This document shows, one piece after another, positions 62,642-64,000 of a stretch of DNA of 64,000 bases. The translations under genes and the position numbers were made by a program. The stretch covers positions 62,001 through 126,000 of the forward strand of contig JADIIX010000016.1 of NCBI GenBank assembly GCA_027604505.1. The letters run 5' to 3'. The number at the start of each line of letters is the position of its first letter. The first letter of the stretch is position 1. The stretch comes from Gonapodya sp. JEL0774 (taxonomy: Eukaryota). The notes under the pieces were generated by a model. It was not told the origin of the DNA and searched no databases. It worked only from the letters and a program-made list of their open reading frames with translations.

Positions 62642-64000
62642 ATGGGTCGCCGAGATGTCGAGAGGGACTCCGATTACTCACCGGGTCGACGTCACAAACA
62701 GTCCTTCAATGTGTACACAAGCGGCACGCACATGGTTGGTATCACAGGAGAGCAAACGCAGCTCGCGTCTTGTGATGCTTGCACGAGGTCGGTAGTTATA
62801 ATCCCACTGTCGATAAGCGGATTGGCTGGGATGACAAAGTCCGGTTCTCTCACATCCCGTAATTCGGTAGGCGGCGGGTTCGATGTGCACCTACAGTTCC
62901 GTGCCCGCGATGCTCCAAACTAGGTGTGCCTTGCACAAGGTTCAGGAAAATCAAGAAAAGAGGACCTCGGCGGAAAGTGAGTGAGGTCCCTCCCGCGATA
63001 TAGCGTCGACGATGAGTAGAAGGACATAGTGTCAGAGAAGGATACGCTGAGTGCGATTGCCTTCCACTTAACGGTCCAATTCATGGCCTACGTCGTTGAT
63101 TGATGCATCCTGGTTGACTTACAGACGGATCAAAACCCCGGCTCTCTGACGGCCGAAGAGGAGGCTGCTGTGCAGCAAGCTCTTTTCGATAAATTAAAGT
63201 GCATTGAGAATGAGGCGAAAGGCAGGCGAAAAAGTACTGGTGGAGGCAGAAGTGGAAACATTGGCACATCGGTGTCGAGATCTGGAGCCAATTTGGAAAC
63301 CGATCCTGCAAGACAGTTCAGGGACAGCACGCGTGAAAGGAGCAGCGCGGTCGGAGGACAGAGAGAATCCAAGGGGCACAAAGCAGCAATGTCAGTGATT
63401 GTGAAAATGGAAATGGATACACCAGAGGTAATGACGGAAGCCATTCCTGGGATTCTCGAGCACCGTGGGGACCAAACAAGTTTCCCGTCACATCAGACTG
63501 GCTGTCCTCTCTCCCCGGAGCATCTTGTTCTTCGTCGTTCATCCCGCTCAAGACGTGCGGCGCGCTCTGTCAGTATCACCGGTACGACTCGTACTCAATC
63601 CTCCTCTTCTTCGGACAGTGCCACCTCCTCGTCTGAGAGACCTCTTGCTTGGAGTTCCGATTCAGGGTCCTCTTCGGAGTCAGGCCAACCAACGCGCAAG
63701 CGCCGTCGCCACTCTATCAAATCGTCTTCGACAAATGTTTGTGATGGTGACATGTACACATGCGACATTCCGGCAGCATCTGCTTCGACTAGTCGTTCCG
63801 TACGTACTATGTCATCCGTGTCTGCCTCGTCACGGTCACCGGCTCCTTCGGCTCCTTCGTTCCTCGATAATCATGGTTTAGCTGCCAGCCATGTTTTCTC
63901 CTTAATTGCGCCCCTCGAGCTTTACCCTGTAACTACTTGCCACTCGGACGTGACGAATCCGCCAGTAGTTTCCGCGGAAGGTCTATTACAAGAGGACTTC
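62642..64000 (+). CDS. Zn(II)2Cys6 transcription factor, 3' truncated by the window end
   Basis: Exons 62642-62787, 62871-62976 and 63125->64000 give ASCDACTR|RRVRCAPTVPCPRCSKLGVPCTRFRKIKKRGPRRK. The third exon stays open to the end of the window. Confidence 0.85.

Overview
Eukaryotic, intron-rich fungal DNA (GT-AG introns, two Zn(II)2Cys6 genes). An early-diverging lineage is plausible, but that is inference only. The window starts with a complete tRNA-Gly(CCC) on the minus strand and holds about 18 protein genes, most of them spliced: a ~1620-aa Q-rich homeodomain factor, a GT8 glycosyltransferase, a golgin-like coiled-coil protein, two tandem membrane-anchored GH26-like hydrolases, two Zn-cluster factors, an ankyrin/coiled-coil protein, another coiled-coil protein, an MRP51-like mitoribosomal protein, a CAMK-like kinase, a C2H2 factor, SNU13, a very long PEX14, WDR6/Trm734, an acidic membrane protein, an alkaline ceramidase and a HAD phosphatase. 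The most unusual part is 33.3-50.3 kb. A ~9-kb gap with no recognisable intact gene lies between divergent SNU13 and PEX14 and has a strongly CpG-depleted core. It is flanked by G/C-skewed DNA, enlarged introns with G-rich 5' and C-rich 3' ends, minisatellites, and an inverted repeat bracketing SNU13 exon 1 and its promoter. All gene models were assembled by eye and no database searches were run.
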